From positions 1,447,334 to 1,511,333 of the forward strand of contig MU004185.1 in the NCBI GenBank assembly GCA_010093605.1: a stretch of DNA of 64,000 nt. The letters are read 5' to 3'. Every line of letters begins with the position of its first letter. The first letter of the stretch is position 1. The DNA is from Lophium mytilinum (Eukaryota). Made by a program: the position numbers and the translations under genes. The notes under the pieces are model-generated. The model made no database searches. It saw only the letters and a list, made by a program, of their open reading frames with translations, and had not been told where the DNA came from. Below are positions 62,484 to 64,000 of this stretch, piece after piece.

Positions 62484-63408
62484 ATGAACCCATACGAAAC
62501 CAACCCAGACAAGATCCCACCATCAGATCGCTACATCAAGGAGCCGCTCTACGGCCGATACTTCCCCCGTCCCGACGACTTCAAACCGGAGCCGACTCAT
62601 ATCAACTCAATCACGCCTGAGTCCCTGAAGTACTGGGCCTCGGTGCTTGGGCATTGTGATGAATCCGTCAGGATCTACGACAACGAGGATGGCGGCCGCG
62701 ATGTGTTTGCACTCGGGAGTGTGATTGTCAAGTCAAGTCAACTCAAGGAAGCTCTCGAAAGAGACTATTCACACGCCGATGCAAATGAGGTCGCAGCGAC
62801 TGATCTGGCTAGAAAAGTACTAGGTGACTGCCAGGTACCGAAGATATACTTTGCGAACAAGGTAATCTCCTGACCTGTAGTCGTTTTCAGTCTTTTCATA
62901 ACTAATGGGTATTGCGAAGATCAAAGGACGCAACGTCTTGGTACAAGAGAGAATTCCTGGAGTTGGTCTGAATGTTGCGTGGCAGTACATTACGCAGGCC
63001 CAGAAAGCCTCATTCAAGCAACAAGCACGAGATGTCTTGCGTCTGCTGGCCTCGATACAGCCGCCTAGTCCGCATGCGAGTCGCTCGTACGTAGTGCCTG
63101 ACGCAGACCCTGTGGAGCACCGAGGCATTCAGGAGCTAGAGAGAGACATAATCTTCTCGGACCATAATAAGGACCTAGATCTCAGTCTTATGCACAACGA
63201 CTTCACAACATCAAACTGCATAGTCCACAATGATAAATTGGCTGGACTCGTCGACTGGGAGATGCCGGGTTTCCTTGGCCGGAAGACAGCTGGGGAGGTT
63301 CACCGAGAGATCCGAACGCCAAAGCGGGAGAACTTTGCGCAATTGAACTTGCCAAAGGAACGGCTAAGCGATATTCTGTTCTGGAATGATTTGTATGAAG
63401 ACAAGTGA
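62484..63408 (+). CDS. Aminoglycoside-phosphotransferase (APH)-like / kinase-like protein, 2 exons
   Basis: Intron 62862-62919. RDVFALGSVIVKS, NEVAA, VPKIYF, LVQERIPGV.L..AW, catalytic loop MHNDFTTSNCIV and GLVDWEM.GF. Confidence 0.85.
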
Positions 63409-63732
63409 GTTTGGTTTATCACTGTCCAAATTTCATGCTTGTCGGTAGGACCTCAATTATATGCCATTCTGTTTGGGTTCTTTAGGACTGCGCAAGAGGG
63501 GGGAACCATAGTTAAGCACCAAAATCAAGACTGCTTTGCATGTGAAGGCTTCTCCGTACTTTATATGGGGCCTATCTTCTGACCTGAAGTATTTATTAGC
63601 ACGGACTTGCAGTTTGGGGGAGTTTTATAGAACATTCTCCACCATGACTATCAGGATATACATACTCGGAAACTGGATACTGCTAACAAAAAACCCCAAG
63701 GGTCGTCTTAAACAAACTCTTGGATGGAGGTT

Positions 63733-64000
63733 TTACTTCGCTGACATCTTGTGCTTGAGTCCAGGGAGGAGGCTAGACTTCTGCTTCTTCTTTGCACCTC
63801 GCATCGTCCAGTCAATCGTTCCCTCCAGCTTCTTCTCACACTCCTCTGTCTCCTCTCCCTTGCGCATCTTCGCAAAAGCTTGATGAGCAATCTCAATATC
63901 CTTAGCATCTTCTTCCTCTCGCTCCCGCTTCTCCCTAACCTCAGCATCTTCTCCAACCCCATCCTTCCCCACATGCTCCTGCCTCGCATTCCTACTCCGA
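63733..64000 (-). CDS. 3' end of a gene running off the window (charged, coiled-coil-like C-terminus)
   Basis: The frame is open from the window edge to the stop at 63733: RSRNARQEHVGKDGVGEDAEVREKREREEEDAKDIE...KHKMSAK*. No domain recognised. Confidence 0.4.
   Translation of the reverse strand, partial: RSRNARQEHVGKDGVGEDAEVREKREREEEDAKDIEIAHQAFAKMRKGEETEECEKKLEGTIDWTMRGAKKKQKSSLLPGLKHKMSAK

Overview
This is eukaryotic DNA from a filamentous ascomycete, inferred from short GT-AG introns with CTRAC branch points and fungal gene families. I can support about 25 protein-coding genes, most with introns. The left part holds an AA14-type LPMO, a PTH11-like membrane protein, a small three-exon ABM-like gene missed by the ORF track, an F-box-like gene with a RIP-destroyed tandem paralog, an MFS transporter and an alpha/beta hydrolase. 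The middle is mostly housekeeping: an MNN10-like GT34, head-to-head TAF7/TAF3-like genes, PEX5 and a two-RRM protein. At 35-47.5 kb there is a compact five-gene putative catabolic cluster (FAD monooxygenase, CE4 deacetylase, amidase, phenol-hydroxylase-like enzyme, MFS transporter) with a recurring promoter motif. The right part is accessory-like and has the most striking feature: a divergent pair of a HeLo-like (HELL) putative cell-death effector and a NACHT-WD40 NLR. The NLR N-terminus carries one copy, and the effector C-terminus two copies, of the same gap-free 19-aa motif. This is the architecture of an amyloid (prion-like) signalling module like NWD2/HET-S. Two tandem intronless atypical SET-domain genes and an APH-like kinase follow. 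All calls come from reading and translating the sequence by eye; no searches were run.
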